Positions 8,934 through 19,577 of a stretch of 64,000 nt of DNA are shown piece by piece. The stretch's first letter is position 1; every line of letters begins with the position of its first letter. The DNA is from a virus. Its lineage: Duplodnaviria; Caudoviricetes. The notes under the pieces are model-generated. The model worked only from the letters and a program-made list of their open reading frames with translations, did not search any database and was not told where the DNA came from. The stretch is taken from positions 1,510 to 65,509 of the IMG/VR virus record IMGVR_UViG_3300010049_000001; one strand, 5' to 3'. Made by a program: the position numbers and the translations under genes.

Positions 8934-11900
8934 TGGCTGCCGATGGATTAAAGCAACTCCAAGCTCTTATTACCTCTAGTGCTAATGTTCCGCAGCAGCC
9001 TAGTTTAAAATCGCTTTACGCTACTGGAACTCCAAAGGAAACATTCACTCCGCAGATGGCAGTGTCTGATCCAATGAAACTCTATATGTCTGCCCTTGCA
9101 GTTCAGCAAAGACAGAATGCGATTGATCTACAACAGCAACGGATAGCTTCTTCCCAGCAAAGAGCTGCTGGAAAACAACCTCTTGACTTTGATCTTATAG
9201 TTGCACAAGCAGCATCGGAACAAGGCTGGGATAAACTTACACCAGATCAACTACATGTAGCCAAACAAAATCTTATTGATGACCTGGCAATGGCCTACTC
9301 TGGCGGTCGGTTAGATAAGGATATTGAACCAATAAAAGAAAACGTTCGTCAACGAATCGATCCATCCTTTGCCCGTTGGCAACAAACACTTCCAGGGCAA
9401 ACTGGACTACAACAATCTTCAAGTGGAAACTGGCTTGGTGATATGGCTAGAGCTTTAACTGAAGGAAACGTTTTATCAGTAGCCGAAACCGGTGTAGGTC
9501 TTGCTAATATCCCGACTGGTGGTGCAGCGGGTAAAGCTCTAGAAGGTACTTTAGCTGATACAGGAGCCCTTCGTCAAGCCTATGAAGCATCCTTTGCTCC
9601 AGAGCAACGTGCTGCACGTGAAAAAGTTCAGCAAGCGGAAGGCTTTTGGAATACACTTGGTGCATTGATTTCAGAACCAAGAGCACTTTCTACCTACGCT
9701 GCTGAGAATCTAGCCGGGATGGGAGCTGGTGCAGCTGTTCGGATGGGTGCTAAAGGTCTTGGAAAACTAGGTGCTGCTCAAGCTGCTAAAGCTGTTGGTG
9801 GAACACCCCTCCGTGCCTCACTTGTAGGACAGTCACTTTATGCAGGCGGGATGACTTCTGAACAACTTCGACGTGAACGCGAAGGTGGTTATCTTTCCCC
9901 AGAAGATTACGCTGCTATAGCTTCAACTATGGCAACTGAACCTCTATTTGGATTACTCGGAGCAAAAGCTGCGAATCGTTTTGGTGTAGTGAATCCAGAA
10001 GTCTACCTGGCGATGAACAAAGCAGAACGTGAAGCAATGCGTGCTGCTGGTCGGTCGCCTGATATGCTTCGTGCTGCTGGCCGCGGTGCCCTTATTGAAG
10101 GATTGGAAGAAATTGGCCAAGAAAGCTCTCAACAGATTGCTATGAACTTGGCACAAGGAAAGCCGTGGGATGAAGGAGTTGGTAATGCAGCTGCTATTGG
10201 TTTCGCTCTTGGTTCAACTATGGGCGGGGTTGTCAATACTGTAGAGTCAGGTCTATCAGCCAGACGAGTACGTAAGGGTGGTGCCCCACAAGAAGAACAA
10301 CTACGCTCCGATCAGCAAGTCATCGATACTTTGACACCTGAGATGCAAGCTCAGCTTACACCTCAGGATACCGCAACTGTTAATGATATTCTTAATACTG
10401 TTATTCAAGCGGAGCAACAAACCTCTGCTGCCCAAGCCCCTGCTCCTGAACCTGGCACACCAGCTTCGACTTTGGCTGAAGCAATCAATGCGATTGAAAA
10501 TGGCGGAGCTGTAACTTATACCTATTCTAGCGGACGCACGCAAACAGTTAAAAATTCAGATCGTTTGCGGATGAGCCCGCAAGGGAATATCCAACTGCAA
10601 GGTGGAAAACAATGGTTTAATGCTAAGCCTGAAAGCTTTACAATTACACCGCCTGCGGTGGAAACTCAACCTGAAGTGGTACCACCCGCTCCACCTTGGG
10701 ATCAACCATCTAGTTCAACTGAGACATCTGACTGGGCTAGGGATACACTTACTACGGAGGCCGAAAATGGCATGCAAACGGGGCAAGCGCCCACCCAAGA
10801 AATAGCACCTGCGGTTGTTCCGCAAGGAACTGAAGCAATTCCGGGTGCAACACAACAGGCAACCCCTGACATCACCCCAACCCCTACCGAGGCAGTCGCC
10901 CCCAGTTCCGTGACAGAACAAACACAGGCTGCAATAAATGAATTATTACAACCCCGGTTGCCTGTTGCATTGGCAGGAGCTAAGCCTAGGTTTGCGTTTG
11001 GACAGAATCAATTTACACTTCGTTTCGCTAGTGATGTAGATAAAGCTGCCTACATCGCAGCACAAAGAACAAAGTCAAAACGTGATGCTGCTTATGTAGA
11101 TTTTGTTCGACAAGCAACTGGAATGACTGAACCTCAAGTCAGAGCTTATGGTGACACCGTTAAGAGTACCATAAGAGATCTCGCTCAAGGTCGTTCGGGC
11201 GGAATAGAAATTGTTGTTCCAGATCTTCGTACTCAACCTTCCGTTGCCGCTGCTCCGGAGGTGAGGCAATCGCGCCCTACCGTTTCTGAGGCTACTACAG
11301 AATCTCAAGTCCTACATCGAAACCTTCATGGTGACGAACGCCTTGCTGAACTAAAGGCTGATCCTGTAGCAGGTGAGGCAATCAGAAAACTCTCTTCCAT
11401 CTATGGTGGAGATGTTATTGATTCACTTATCAACGGTGGAAGATTAAATTTCTATTCTGGACCAGCGAATGTGTCCGGTGAGTTTAATCCTTCTAATGGA
11501 ACAGCTTATCTCAACACAAACAGTCCTGCTATTCGTGCCAACATCAATGACAATGTTTTCGTGCATGAGATGTGGCATAGCCTTTTCGATGATATGCGTC
11601 GGAGGGATAGGACTACCTTCGATCAACTGACCAATAGACTTAGCGACCTTATCAATGATCCGAATCCATCTTGGTGGGTTCAGGACATCATGGAAAATAT
11701 CCGGCAGAGTTATCCAGAACTTATCCAAGCAACAATAACCAATCCGAATAGTTTGACTGCCAAGCAAGCTCTTGCAGATGAATTCGCTGCTCAAGCAATC
11801 AGTGAGTATCTAAATTCACAAACTGATCCATTGAACCCAAGAAGTATGGCAGATAAGGTTGCCCAATGGGTTAAAGATTTCTTTACCTTTATCGAAGAAG

Positions 11901-14900
11901 CTTTCAATCGAGTATTTGATCGTCCAAGCACTGCTAGGATTACTCCTCCGCAGCTCACAGCTATGGCCAGAGCATTCATTCATGATGTGTCCGGTGCTCC
12001 TCGGTCTATATTCCCTGTAGCAGAAGGCACCTTCCCGAAGATGTTTGCTCGCGAACGTCGGACAAAACCTCGTGGAACTGTGGCTCCAGACATCACCCGT
12101 CCGACTGTGACTGCTGTAGATAAAGCTATCCATGCGAATACTAATGCTGAAAACATAAAAGTAATCCAAGATAATATGGTATCTCCTACAGGTGATACTA
12201 CGTTAACTGGAACTTCAATTATAGAAGCTGCTAATGGTAATCCTTCTGCGTTCAAACGTTGGACTGATCGTATCGGAACTATCCTAGTTGACAAAAAGAT
12301 TCCTGTAGTGAATTGGATTGACAAGCTTCCAATTACACAGCAGATGAAAAATGATCTGGTCAACGCTACATACCTTGGACGTAACCAAAGAAGTGATCTT
12401 ATTGCTGACCTCCAAAGAAACTGGGGTGGGCAAGATGCAATGGTCGAACTTAATAATATCGCTGAAAAGCATAACATGATCCCGCAACGTGCCCTCGAAG
12501 TAATGGGTACTTGGATAACTACCAACTGGGTTCCAGAAGTAAATATTCGTATAGCGAGTAGAGAAGCTAAAAGAATTAAAGCTGAAAACGCTGAAGCTCG
12601 AACGATGATGCAAACGCTATTGGAACAGCGGAAACAATATAATAATACTCAAGCGCGTTACCATGAACTAACCAAGCTCGCATCTGAACAACAGGAAATC
12701 ATCGACAAGAATATAAAGTCACTCCAAGACTTCAAAGAAGCAGTTAATAATCCAAATATGGATATTAAATCGCATGGTGTAGAGTTGGCTGGTGGGATGT
12801 CAACTGCTCAAGCAGCAACTTTAAAGGCACAAGCTGAAAGTATTCTTCCTGTCAAAGAAATTCGTAAGGTAGCAGAAAGTATCTGGAAGATGAATCGCGA
12901 ACGGCTTGTAAGAGATGTAGAAGGTGGGCGAGTAAGCCCTGATATGCTTATAAGTTTTATTCCGGATGCTCAACAAAATCAGGTTAAGACTAAAGCAGAA
13001 GCTCTACAAGTAGCGTCGCGTGAACTTAATAACTTGGTTGATCCGCAAGCTGGTAGGTTAGAAGCTGCTTATAAGAAATTACAAGCAGCACGTGAAGCTC
13101 TTCGTAATGTTATTGGATCTCAGTATGTTCCATTAACTAGTTTGAAAAAGGAATATGTTCAAGGGAGTGGTTCAAACCAAACGGTAACTGGTGATGTAAG
13201 GCCGCTACATGTTCTTGAGGGAAGCAAAACAAGAGTAGCCGAGAATGGAATTGTAGCATCGTTTCGTAATGTAGCTAACGCCGGTTATTTCAAACAATGG
13301 GAAGGATTTAGAAAATCAATTCTCGCAGCATATCAGAACATGAATGATGCACAACGAAAAGAAGCTGGAATGATTGCTTTGCATGAAGCTACTCCAGCTG
13401 ACCGTGCATCTAACACAGCACTGGTGGTTGCTGATTCTAAAGGAAAAGAATATGCTATCAAGTTTAGAGATGCTAGTTTGTTGGAGGCAATCAATACAAC
13501 TGCTTCGTTAGGAGATCTAAACCCATACTTGAAACCGTTTGCTTTTTTGAGTAGAAACTATGGACAGCTTCTTACCCGCCGCCAACCAATTTTCGCACCA
13601 ATCAATGGATTCCGAGATTTCTTTGAGCGCCTCGGAAATATACAAGCTCGAACTTATTATGATGCAAGTGGAAACGTTATCCGTAGTCGTAAAATTATTA
13701 GAGATATGTTTTCGAACCTTCCAGAGGTCACCTCTGTTGCCTCAAGGCTTGCTTCTAGAATCGTTGATAAGCTACCAGTAGTTAAAGAAGGATCGCCGAA
13801 TCAACGCGTTCAAACATACATGGAAGAGCTTATGAACCAAGGCGGTTTCATGGGCTATATCGATCAATTGTCCGCAAACAAACAACAACTCTATAAACAA
13901 GTAGAAGCACTATCTAAGGATGCAAAGATACGTCCACGATTCAGAAAGACATTTGTAGATGGTGTATCAAATCTTCTTGACAAGTGGAACAGACAAACAG
14001 AGATTGTTCCTATCCTTACCAGCTATATTTCGATGCGTGAAAATGGAATGCGTCCTGCGGATGCAGCCTATCAAACACTTGACTTGGTCAACTTTGGGAA
14101 GTCAGGAATAGCAACTCCAATACTTTCTGCGTTCTATCCATTCGTACGTTCCGCTTTTGTAGGTGGTCAAAACGTTGCGAAAGCATTATCAACAAAGAAA
14201 GGACGGATTGCCTTACTTGGGCGGTACGCAGTTCTCACGATGATGTGGATGGCCATCGCTGGCATGTCCGATGACGATGAGGATGGCAATCATGTTCTCT
14301 CCCTTGCCGACGTTACTACAAATGGCTACATACCAATACCAGTTGGTGACAGCTATATTCGGATTCCAATCTCATTTTCTATGGATAGGATTGCCAACGT
14401 TGCTGCGCGAAATACTGTTCAAGTCATGCATGGGTACAAAGACCCAGCACCAGCTGTCGCTTCTATCTTTTCCGGCGGTGTTCTTCCAGCGATGACACCA
14501 TTCGAAGCAGCTCCTATAGGAATGGATGAGAATGCATTACTTAGCTTGTTTTCTTCCTTCGCATCACCTACTGCTTGGCCACTTCTTCAAATAGCATTTA
14601 ACCAAAACGATTATGGAAGAGCTTTAGCTAAGGCTCCACAGAAGGGACAATATCGGAGCGAGGTAAAGGTCACCTCGCAGCCACCTATCTGGCAAGAGAT
14701 AGCTGAAGAAATTCGAAAGACTACAGGGTTTGATTGGCCTTCCACTTACTACGAGCATTTATTCAAATCATACCTTCCTGGTCTTCCTCAGGATGTAACC
14801 GCTGCGTTGGTAACTAATCCTCATAAGCAGGCAGTTGGTCAAGTTACACAAATTCCATTGATGTCTCGTCTATGGTATAGACATAATCCTGCGGTAGCTA

Positions 14901-15154
14901 ATTCTAGGTTACGCAGAATGCTTGATGACTATGACGAGATTATAATTAAAGCCAAGCATGGCGAAACATTGACTCCTACTGAGCAAAGAATTAAATCTGT
15001 TGGCTCAACTTACATGAGTCGAATCAGTAAAATTAATGCTCGTGGGGCTACGATCAACCGTATCAAGGATGAGAATCTTCGATATGAACAGATCAGAAAA
15101 CAGAACGAAGACCGACTTTCAGCAACAAGAGATGCCCTTCGAGAGCTCAAGTGA
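8933..15154 (+). CDS. 2073-aa internal virion / polyvalent protein with a zincin-like peptidase motif and an LPD38-like C-terminus
   Basis: Gly/Ala membrane-type helices near the N-terminus; VHEMWH...LADEFAA; C-terminal YIPIP...YIRIPI...PLLQIAFNQNDYGR pattern. Confidence 0.7.
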   Translation: MAADGLKQLQALITSSANVPQQPSLKSLYATGTPKETFTPQMAVSDPMKLYMSALAVQQRQNAIDLQQQRIASSQQRAAGKQPLDFDLIVAQAASEQGWDKLTPDQLHVAKQNLIDDLAMAYSGGRLDKDIEPIKENVRQRIDPSFARWQQTLPGQTGLQQSSSGNWLGDMARALTEGNVLSVAETGVGLANIPTGGAAGKALEGTLADTGALRQAYEASFAPEQRAAREKVQQAEGFWNTLGALISEPRALSTYAAENLAGMGAGAAVRMGAKGLGKLGAAQAAKAVGGTPLRASLVGQSLYAGGMTSEQLRREREGGYLSPEDYAAIASTMATEPLFGLLGAKAANRFGVVNPEVYLAMNKAEREAMRAAGRSPDMLRAAGRGALIEGLEEIGQESSQQIAMNLAQGKPWDEGVGNAAAIGFALGSTMGGVVNTVESGLSARRVRKGGAPQEEQLRSDQQVIDTLTPEMQAQLTPQDTATVNDILNTVIQAEQQTSAAQAPAPEPGTPASTLAEAINAIENGGAVTYTYSSGRTQTVKNSDRLRMSPQGNIQLQGGKQWFNAKPESFTITPPAVETQPEVVPPAPPWDQPSSSTETSDWARDTLTTEAENGMQTGQAPTQEIAPAVVPQGTEAIPGATQQATPDITPTPTEAVAPSSVTEQTQAAINELLQPRLPVALAGAKPRFAFGQNQFTLRFASDVDKAAYIAAQRTKSKRDAAYVDFVRQATGMTEPQVRAYGDTVKSTIRDLAQGRSGGIEIVVPDLRTQPSVAAAPEVRQSRPTVSEATTESQVLHRNLHGDERLAELKADPVAGEAIRKLSSIYGGDVIDSLINGGRLNFYSGPANVSGEFNPSNGTAYLNTNSPAIRANINDNVFVHEMWHSLFDDMRRRDRTTFDQLTNRLSDLINDPNPSWWVQDIMENIRQSYPELIQATITNPNSLTAKQALADEFAAQAISEYLNSQTDPLNPRSMADKVAQWVKDFFTFIEEAFNRVFDRPSTARITPPQLTAMARAFIHDVSGAPRSIFPVAEGTFPKMFARERRTKPRGTVAPDITRPTVTAVDKAIHANTNAENIKVIQDNMVSPTGDTTLTGTSIIEAANGNPSAFKRWTDRIGTILVDKKIPVVNWIDKLPITQQMKNDLVNATYLGRNQRSDLIADLQRNWGGQDAMVELNNIAEKHNMIPQRALEVMGTWITTNWVPEVNIRIASREAKRIKAENAEARTMMQTLLEQRKQYNNTQARYHELTKLASEQQEIIDKNIKSLQDFKEAVNNPNMDIKSHGVELAGGMSTAQAATLKAQAESILPVKEIRKVAESIWKMNRERLVRDVEGGRVSPDMLISFIPDAQQNQVKTKAEALQVASRELNNLVDPQAGRLEAAYKKLQAAREALRNVIGSQYVPLTSLKKEYVQGSGSNQTVTGDVRPLHVLEGSKTRVAENGIVASFRNVANAGYFKQWEGFRKSILAAYQNMNDAQRKEAGMIALHEATPADRASNTALVVADSKGKEYAIKFRDASLLEAINTTASLGDLNPYLKPFAFLSRNYGQLLTRRQPIFAPINGFRDFFERLGNIQARTYYDASGNVIRSRKIIRDMFSNLPEVTSVASRLASRIVDKLPVVKEGSPNQRVQTYMEELMNQGGFMGYIDQLSANKQQLYKQVEALSKDAKIRPRFRKTFVDGVSNLLDKWNRQTEIVPILTSYISMRENGMRPADAAYQTLDLVNFGKSGIATPILSAFYPFVRSAFVGGQNVAKALSTKKGRIALLGRYAVLTMMWMAIAGMSDDDEDGNHVLSLADVTTNGYIPIPVGDSYIRIPISFSMDRIANVAARNTVQVMHGYKDPAPAVASIFSGGVLPAMTPFEAAPIGMDENALLSLFSSFASPTAWPLLQIAFNQNDYGRALAKAPQKGQYRSEVKVTSQPPIWQEIAEEIRKTTGFDWPSTYYEHLFKSYLPGLPQDVTAALVTNPHKQAVGQVTQIPLMSRLWYRHNPAVANSRLRRMLDDYDEIIIKAKHGETLTPTEQRIKSVGSTYMSRISKINARGATINRIKDENLRYEQIRKQNEDRLSATRDALRELK

Positions 15155-15560
15155 TTTCTTGGACTACAACATCGATATGTGGTCTATTGCTATAGATTTT
15201 CCAACAGTTTCCATACCCGATGATTTGCCCGTCGTCTGTCCAAACTACTCCATTTAGTGCATCTTCGATGCCCTTCATGAAGTTGGACATGTCTGGTTTA
15301 CCCATAGCATGAATTAAACCATTAGCTGCAAGCTCTTGGAGTTTCTTTGACCAGGACTTTGGTATAGCTTTATGAACTACGACTGATAATATAATCGGGC
15401 CTGTTATTGGTTTGAAACCTGGAAGCATTTCCTTTGCCATATGCTTCATCCACTTCTCAAATTCTCTTGTCTTTTCTGGGGTATAGGCATGCCCTTTACC
15501 AAAGCGAGGACGACCTTTAGCAACAGGTTCTAGATCAAAATAGAGTTCGAGTGTTTTCAT
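15147..15560 (-). CDS. rusA: RusA-like Holliday junction resolvase
   Basis: PVAKGRPRF, KPDMSNFMKGIEDALNG, WTDDGQI. Confidence 0.88.
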   Translation of the reverse strand: MKTLELYFDLEPVAKGRPRFGKGHAYTPEKTREFEKWMKHMAKEMLPGFKPITGPIILSVVVHKAIPKSWSKKLQELAANGLIHAMGKPDMSNFMKGIEDALNGVVWTDDGQIIGYGNCWKIYSNRPHIDVVVQEIT

Positions 15561-17572
15561 TTACATGCTCCCCAATTTGGACCACAAGAACCGTCTACCT
15601 TAACTGGAATACTTAATTGAATAGCCGTTTCCATAATATTTTGCATCTCATCGAAAGCTTGATCCATATCACCTGGATCACTAAAGCCAAGCTCATCGTG
15701 AACAGTAAGGCGTGGAACCCCAGTCTCATCGAATACACCATCCTCCCAACATTGTAGCATAGCTTTTTTAATAAGATCGGCTGCGCTACCTTGAAGTCTA
15801 CGGTTGAGTCCACGATAACTGTAGGCTCTTACCACCCTTCCATATTCAGAACAAGCTTGTTCATAAGGCAAAGGCGGACGCGGATCATGTTTATCGGGTG
15901 GTTCCCATAAGTCAAAACGTGACCGCCGCCCAAGGATTGTAGTGATAAATCCATATTGTCTAACCAAGTCAGAACAATGATCCATCGTCTTGGTTGCGAA
16001 AGGAACTGCTGCATGGTACGCTTTGTGTAGTTGCTTTCCTGCTGCCTCAGATAGATGCAAACTTCGAATCAACTTTGGAATACCCATTCCATAGATCATT
16101 CCAAAGTTGATATTCTTAACCGGCTTGCGCCAGTGCTTACGCTTCTCAGGTGTAGAAACATCCCAATCTACGTTAGGAAGGATAAGATCCATTGCCCAGT
16201 CATGATAATCAGTATCCGGATGATCTCGGAAATGCTTTCTTGCCTCGTCACTGCCAGGACCAACAGCGAAGTGAATAAGAAAACGATACTCAATTTGACT
16301 ATAATCGTAAGCACGCCATTGTTTATGTCCATAATCTGGTATAAAAATTCCTCTAATGAGTGGTGCCAGTTCATCATCCCGTGCCGGTACATTCTGTAGA
16401 TTCGGATCCGATGATGAGAACCTACCTGACCTAGCTCCTCCATCATCCATTGCTAGCTGCTTGAATTGACAATAGACTTTACCATCAATATGCTTTCCAA
16501 GGATGTATGATTTTATAAAAGTCCCATTCAGTTTGGAAAGACGTCTTATATTTAGAATTGATTTTGCTATTGGATGACTAGTCCCTTCTAAAAAATCTTT
16601 TGTAAAGCTTGGTTTACCATTCGGATTTCCTTTTGTAGGTTTTGTTCTTGGATAAACTAACCCAGCTGCATCAAATACTCTTGCAAGATCAGCACTAGCA
16701 TTTACATTAACTGGACTTCGAGCAAGAATATCTAACTCATCCTGACATTTAGTTAGTTCTATATCAAGATGCCCAGTAAGTTCTTCTGCCTTTCCTACAT
16801 CTACTGACACCCCAGCGAAACGCATCTCTATCATAAGATAAATAAGCGCGCATTCCATATCAAATAGTTCGACTAAGTTTTCCTGCTCAAGCAAAGGCCA
16901 TTGCTTTTCAAGAATTCTCAGTGGAAGATCAACATCTCCCTCTGCATAAGGTCCAACTAATCTTGGAGGGGCTCTCCAGATGTTCTCTCTTTGGTCATGT
17001 TTGTCACCACCATAGAATCTCCAGCACCAATCATAAAGAAGATTGGAAGTTTTACCTTCCCCGCAATATTTTTCTCCAAGTAACTCCAAATTATTGTTTC
17101 CCCGTTCCTGAAGTAAAGCCTCAGCGTACTGAACATCATATAATCTCCCACGAACATGGACGCCTTCTTGACGAAGCCACCCTATATCGTAAGTTAAATT
17201 TGCACCAACCTTTGGTTGATGTGGATTGCTTAGTGCTTCATTCAACCATTGGAACACACGTTTTGAATCGAGATTGTACTCTGGTTCGATAGTATGTCGT
17301 ATTGGAAAGTACCACCTTCTCCCATCTGGAGTGCCTACAGACACGCCAACGATATGCCCCTTTCCTTTCGCCCAGCCTGGACCACCTGTTACCAATTCTG
17401 GATCATATGTTTCTGTGTCGATTGCTATACATGGTGCGTTGCCCAGGTTTGGAAATTCAATAGGAGTTCGCCAGAAGGTATCCGGAATCGGAGGTTGTAC
17501 CCTACTATAGGAACCACGAGTTCCCTCAGCTGGAAGATCTTCCCAGAAGAAACCTACCGAATCAGCTCTCAT
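15557..17572 (-). CDS. DNA polymerase, family A, with 3'-5' exonuclease and no 5'-3' exonuclease
   Basis: IAIDTET, ARSGRFSSSDPNLQNVP, motif A DYSQIEYR, motif B KNINFGMIYG, motif C TVHDEL. Confidence 0.95.
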   Translation of the reverse strand: MRADSVGFFWEDLPAEGTRGSYSRVQPPIPDTFWRTPIEFPNLGNAPCIAIDTETYDPELVTGGPGWAKGKGHIVGVSVGTPDGRRWYFPIRHTIEPEYNLDSKRVFQWLNEALSNPHQPKVGANLTYDIGWLRQEGVHVRGRLYDVQYAEALLQERGNNNLELLGEKYCGEGKTSNLLYDWCWRFYGGDKHDQRENIWRAPPRLVGPYAEGDVDLPLRILEKQWPLLEQENLVELFDMECALIYLMIEMRFAGVSVDVGKAEELTGHLDIELTKCQDELDILARSPVNVNASADLARVFDAAGLVYPRTKPTKGNPNGKPSFTKDFLEGTSHPIAKSILNIRRLSKLNGTFIKSYILGKHIDGKVYCQFKQLAMDDGGARSGRFSSSDPNLQNVPARDDELAPLIRGIFIPDYGHKQWRAYDYSQIEYRFLIHFAVGPGSDEARKHFRDHPDTDYHDWAMDLILPNVDWDVSTPEKRKHWRKPVKNINFGMIYGMGIPKLIRSLHLSEAAGKQLHKAYHAAVPFATKTMDHCSDLVRQYGFITTILGRRSRFDLWEPPDKHDPRPPLPYEQACSEYGRVVRAYSYRGLNRRLQGSAADLIKKAMLQCWEDGVFDETGVPRLTVHDELGFSDPGDMDQAFDEMQNIMETAIQLSIPVKVDGSCGPNWGACK

Positions 17573-18522
17573 CTTAATCCCATGATAGCACCATCAAGAT
17601 CATCTCCAGTGAATAAACAACCTGCTGGATAAGCATAGAAGTCGATGGTGTGTATAACATTCTCAAGCTTGAGAAGGTAACCAAGATTGAACTTTGGACC
17701 AGCTAAGACAGGAAAATCAGCTTCGGCATTGACATTCAAACCACTACACAAAGCGATGCGCCCGTCTTCAAAGATAATGTCGTCGCCAGTGCTCATTGTT
17801 CTAAGCTGATTGATCGCTTGGAAGAAACCATCTGGAACAGGTTTCTGGTTTGATTGTTTATCCAGGATTCGATTTATATCTGGCCAGTCACCTACAAACA
17901 ATAGAGAGCATAACCATTTATCCTTTTGATAATGAAACGCAACCTTATTTCGTTTCTCTGAGATTTGTATCCATTCGACCGGTTCATTGATGCGGATCAA
18001 TTCGTCTACTGTATCTTCAGGAAGGATTATTGAAAAAGGTATCTCGGTTAAGAGATTCTTTCTAACAATAATAGAGTTGTTCGTAGCCAGCATGTGAATT
18101 CCATCCAGCTTAATACCCGTTGACCATCTACGAGACGCATCTTCACTAATAAATGGTCGGAGTTGTTTCAACCCTTTTAGAAACCTAGCTGGATCGACTT
18201 GATAGTAATTGCCTTCTGGCATAAGTGCCTGTATTGAGTTTACCGTCTGTTCAACGTAAGCCCGGTACCTTCCAGACTTTACCGTCAACTTGCCACCTGC
18301 TGTCATAGATAAGGTAACTTCTTCACTACAAGCACGAATAGCTCGTAAGAACGAATCCCCTTTCGGAGAGGCTTCAATCGTTGTATCGATCGGATGCTGT
18401 AATGAGAGCTGCCCATTGTAGGCATACACTGCGCCGCCGCCAATACGAACATGGGTAAGCCCTTGATTCGTAAAATCTTTTTTGGCTATCCCGCCTTGGA
18501 TGAATCGTAGAGCTTCAAGCAT
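17569..18522 (-). CDS. DNA polymerase III beta-clamp-like protein
   Basis: 317 aa; LEALRFIQGGIAKK, AYNG, L..LRPFIS...SRRWSTGIKL...ATNN, P.LF....GAIMGLR pattern of phage beta-clamp homologs; GGAG SD. Confidence 0.8.
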   Translation of the reverse strand: MLEALRFIQGGIAKKDFTNQGLTHVRIGGGAVYAYNGQLSLQHPIDTTIEASPKGDSFLRAIRACSEEVTLSMTAGGKLTVKSGRYRAYVEQTVNSIQALMPEGNYYQVDPARFLKGLKQLRPFISEDASRRWSTGIKLDGIHMLATNNSIIVRKNLLTEIPFSIILPEDTVDELIRINEPVEWIQISEKRNKVAFHYQKDKWLCSLLFVGDWPDINRILDKQSNQKPVPDGFFQAINQLRTMSTGDDIIFEDGRIALCSGLNVNAEADFPVLAGPKFNLGYLLKLENVIHTIDFYAYPAGCLFTGDDLDGAIMGLR

Positions 18523-18600
18523 GATAAACTCCTAAGATTATAAGACCGATTATGATCAAAATAATCTTATAGATACAGTGTTTTTTGAAATCTATCTCGT

Positions 18601-19512
18601 TCATTCGAAGAACCCCATCTGGCTGGCTTTAAAAGGATGATCTGGTATGTCATTCATTGCATCGAATGCCCAACAATTATAAGCCCATCTACTAAAATAC
18701 TGCTCGCGTACCCTCTCAGGATCAAAGCCCTGTTCCCTGAGCATATTGGATGCCGCTTCGCTTTGAACATCACAGTATGTATCGAGATGCGAATTCTTTT
18801 TCTTAGCCGTTGGACTCTTAGAAGATACATTTAACAGCCCACGGCCAGGCACATAAAGCATACCGAAGGCAGCATTCTGTACCCATGTGGATGAGTCAAC
18901 GCTATGCCATGGATACCTTGTGATAAGTTCTATAGTGGTCATACCAAAACCGTGTACTTTGATCTTCGGATGACCTGCACCATCAGTGAGATATTTATCC
19001 CATATCTGATCGAGCCAATGGTAGAGTTGCTTGGTTGAAATAGGAACCATACCGCCGATGGTGATATAAGAATAGTTTTTCATATAGTATTCTAACCATC
19101 TAATGTCCTCGCCATAGTGATAGCAAGGCAATGGACGAACACCAAGCCATTCCATATGCTGCTGATTGTTGTAGGTTCCGAGCGGGTCACCAATAGCATC
19201 AAGCACTGATGCTAAGAGAACACCATCTTCTTGTTTGATAAGATCCCAGTTCTGTTTAATGTACTCACAATAGGCTGGAAGGTCAACTAGGATACCTTTT
19301 GTAAATGAAGAGTACGCCCCTGAATCGAGAAAAACTTTTATATTATCATCTCGAATTGTATCTACATACCGTTGCTTATTGATATAGTGATAGGACTCGA
19401 GATAATGACGAACACCATCGCGGGCGTATTTTTCCCTTCCGTCAAGTTGGGCATAGAGCTGACCCAGTTTGTGGAAGTTAGAAGTATAGATACCCGCGAG
19501 ATATACATTCAT
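18601..19512 (-). CDS. dpdA: DpdA-like 7-deazaguanine DNA transglycosylase (TGT fold)
   Basis: FLDSGAYS, LDAIGD, PCYHYGE, GGMV, HGFG, SVDSSTW; last gene of a fol/que cluster. Confidence 0.85.
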   Translation of the reverse strand: MNVYLAGIYTSNFHKLGQLYAQLDGREKYARDGVRHYLESYHYINKQRYVDTIRDDNIKVFLDSGAYSSFTKGILVDLPAYCEYIKQNWDLIKQEDGVLLASVLDAIGDPLGTYNNQQHMEWLGVRPLPCYHYGEDIRWLEYYMKNYSYITIGGMVPISTKQLYHWLDQIWDKYLTDGAGHPKIKVHGFGMTTIELITRYPWHSVDSSTWVQNAAFGMLYVPGRGLLNVSSKSPTAKKKNSHLDTYCDVQSEAASNMLREQGFDPERVREQYFSRWAYNCWAFDAMNDIPDHPFKASQMGFFE

Positions 19513-19577
19513 AGGAACCAGTTATAGCAGCAACCGATGGCACTACCAATCATAAATCCCCAGCCAAAATCAATCAC
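19509..19577 (-). CDS. 22-aa hydrophobic peptide coupled to dpdA (not in ORF track)
   Basis: GGAGGA SD, GTG start overlapping the upstream TGA, MIDFGWGFMIGSAIGCCYNWFL*, TGA overlapping the dpdA ATG. Confidence 0.45.
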   Translation of the reverse strand: MIDFGWGFMIGSAIGCCYNWFL

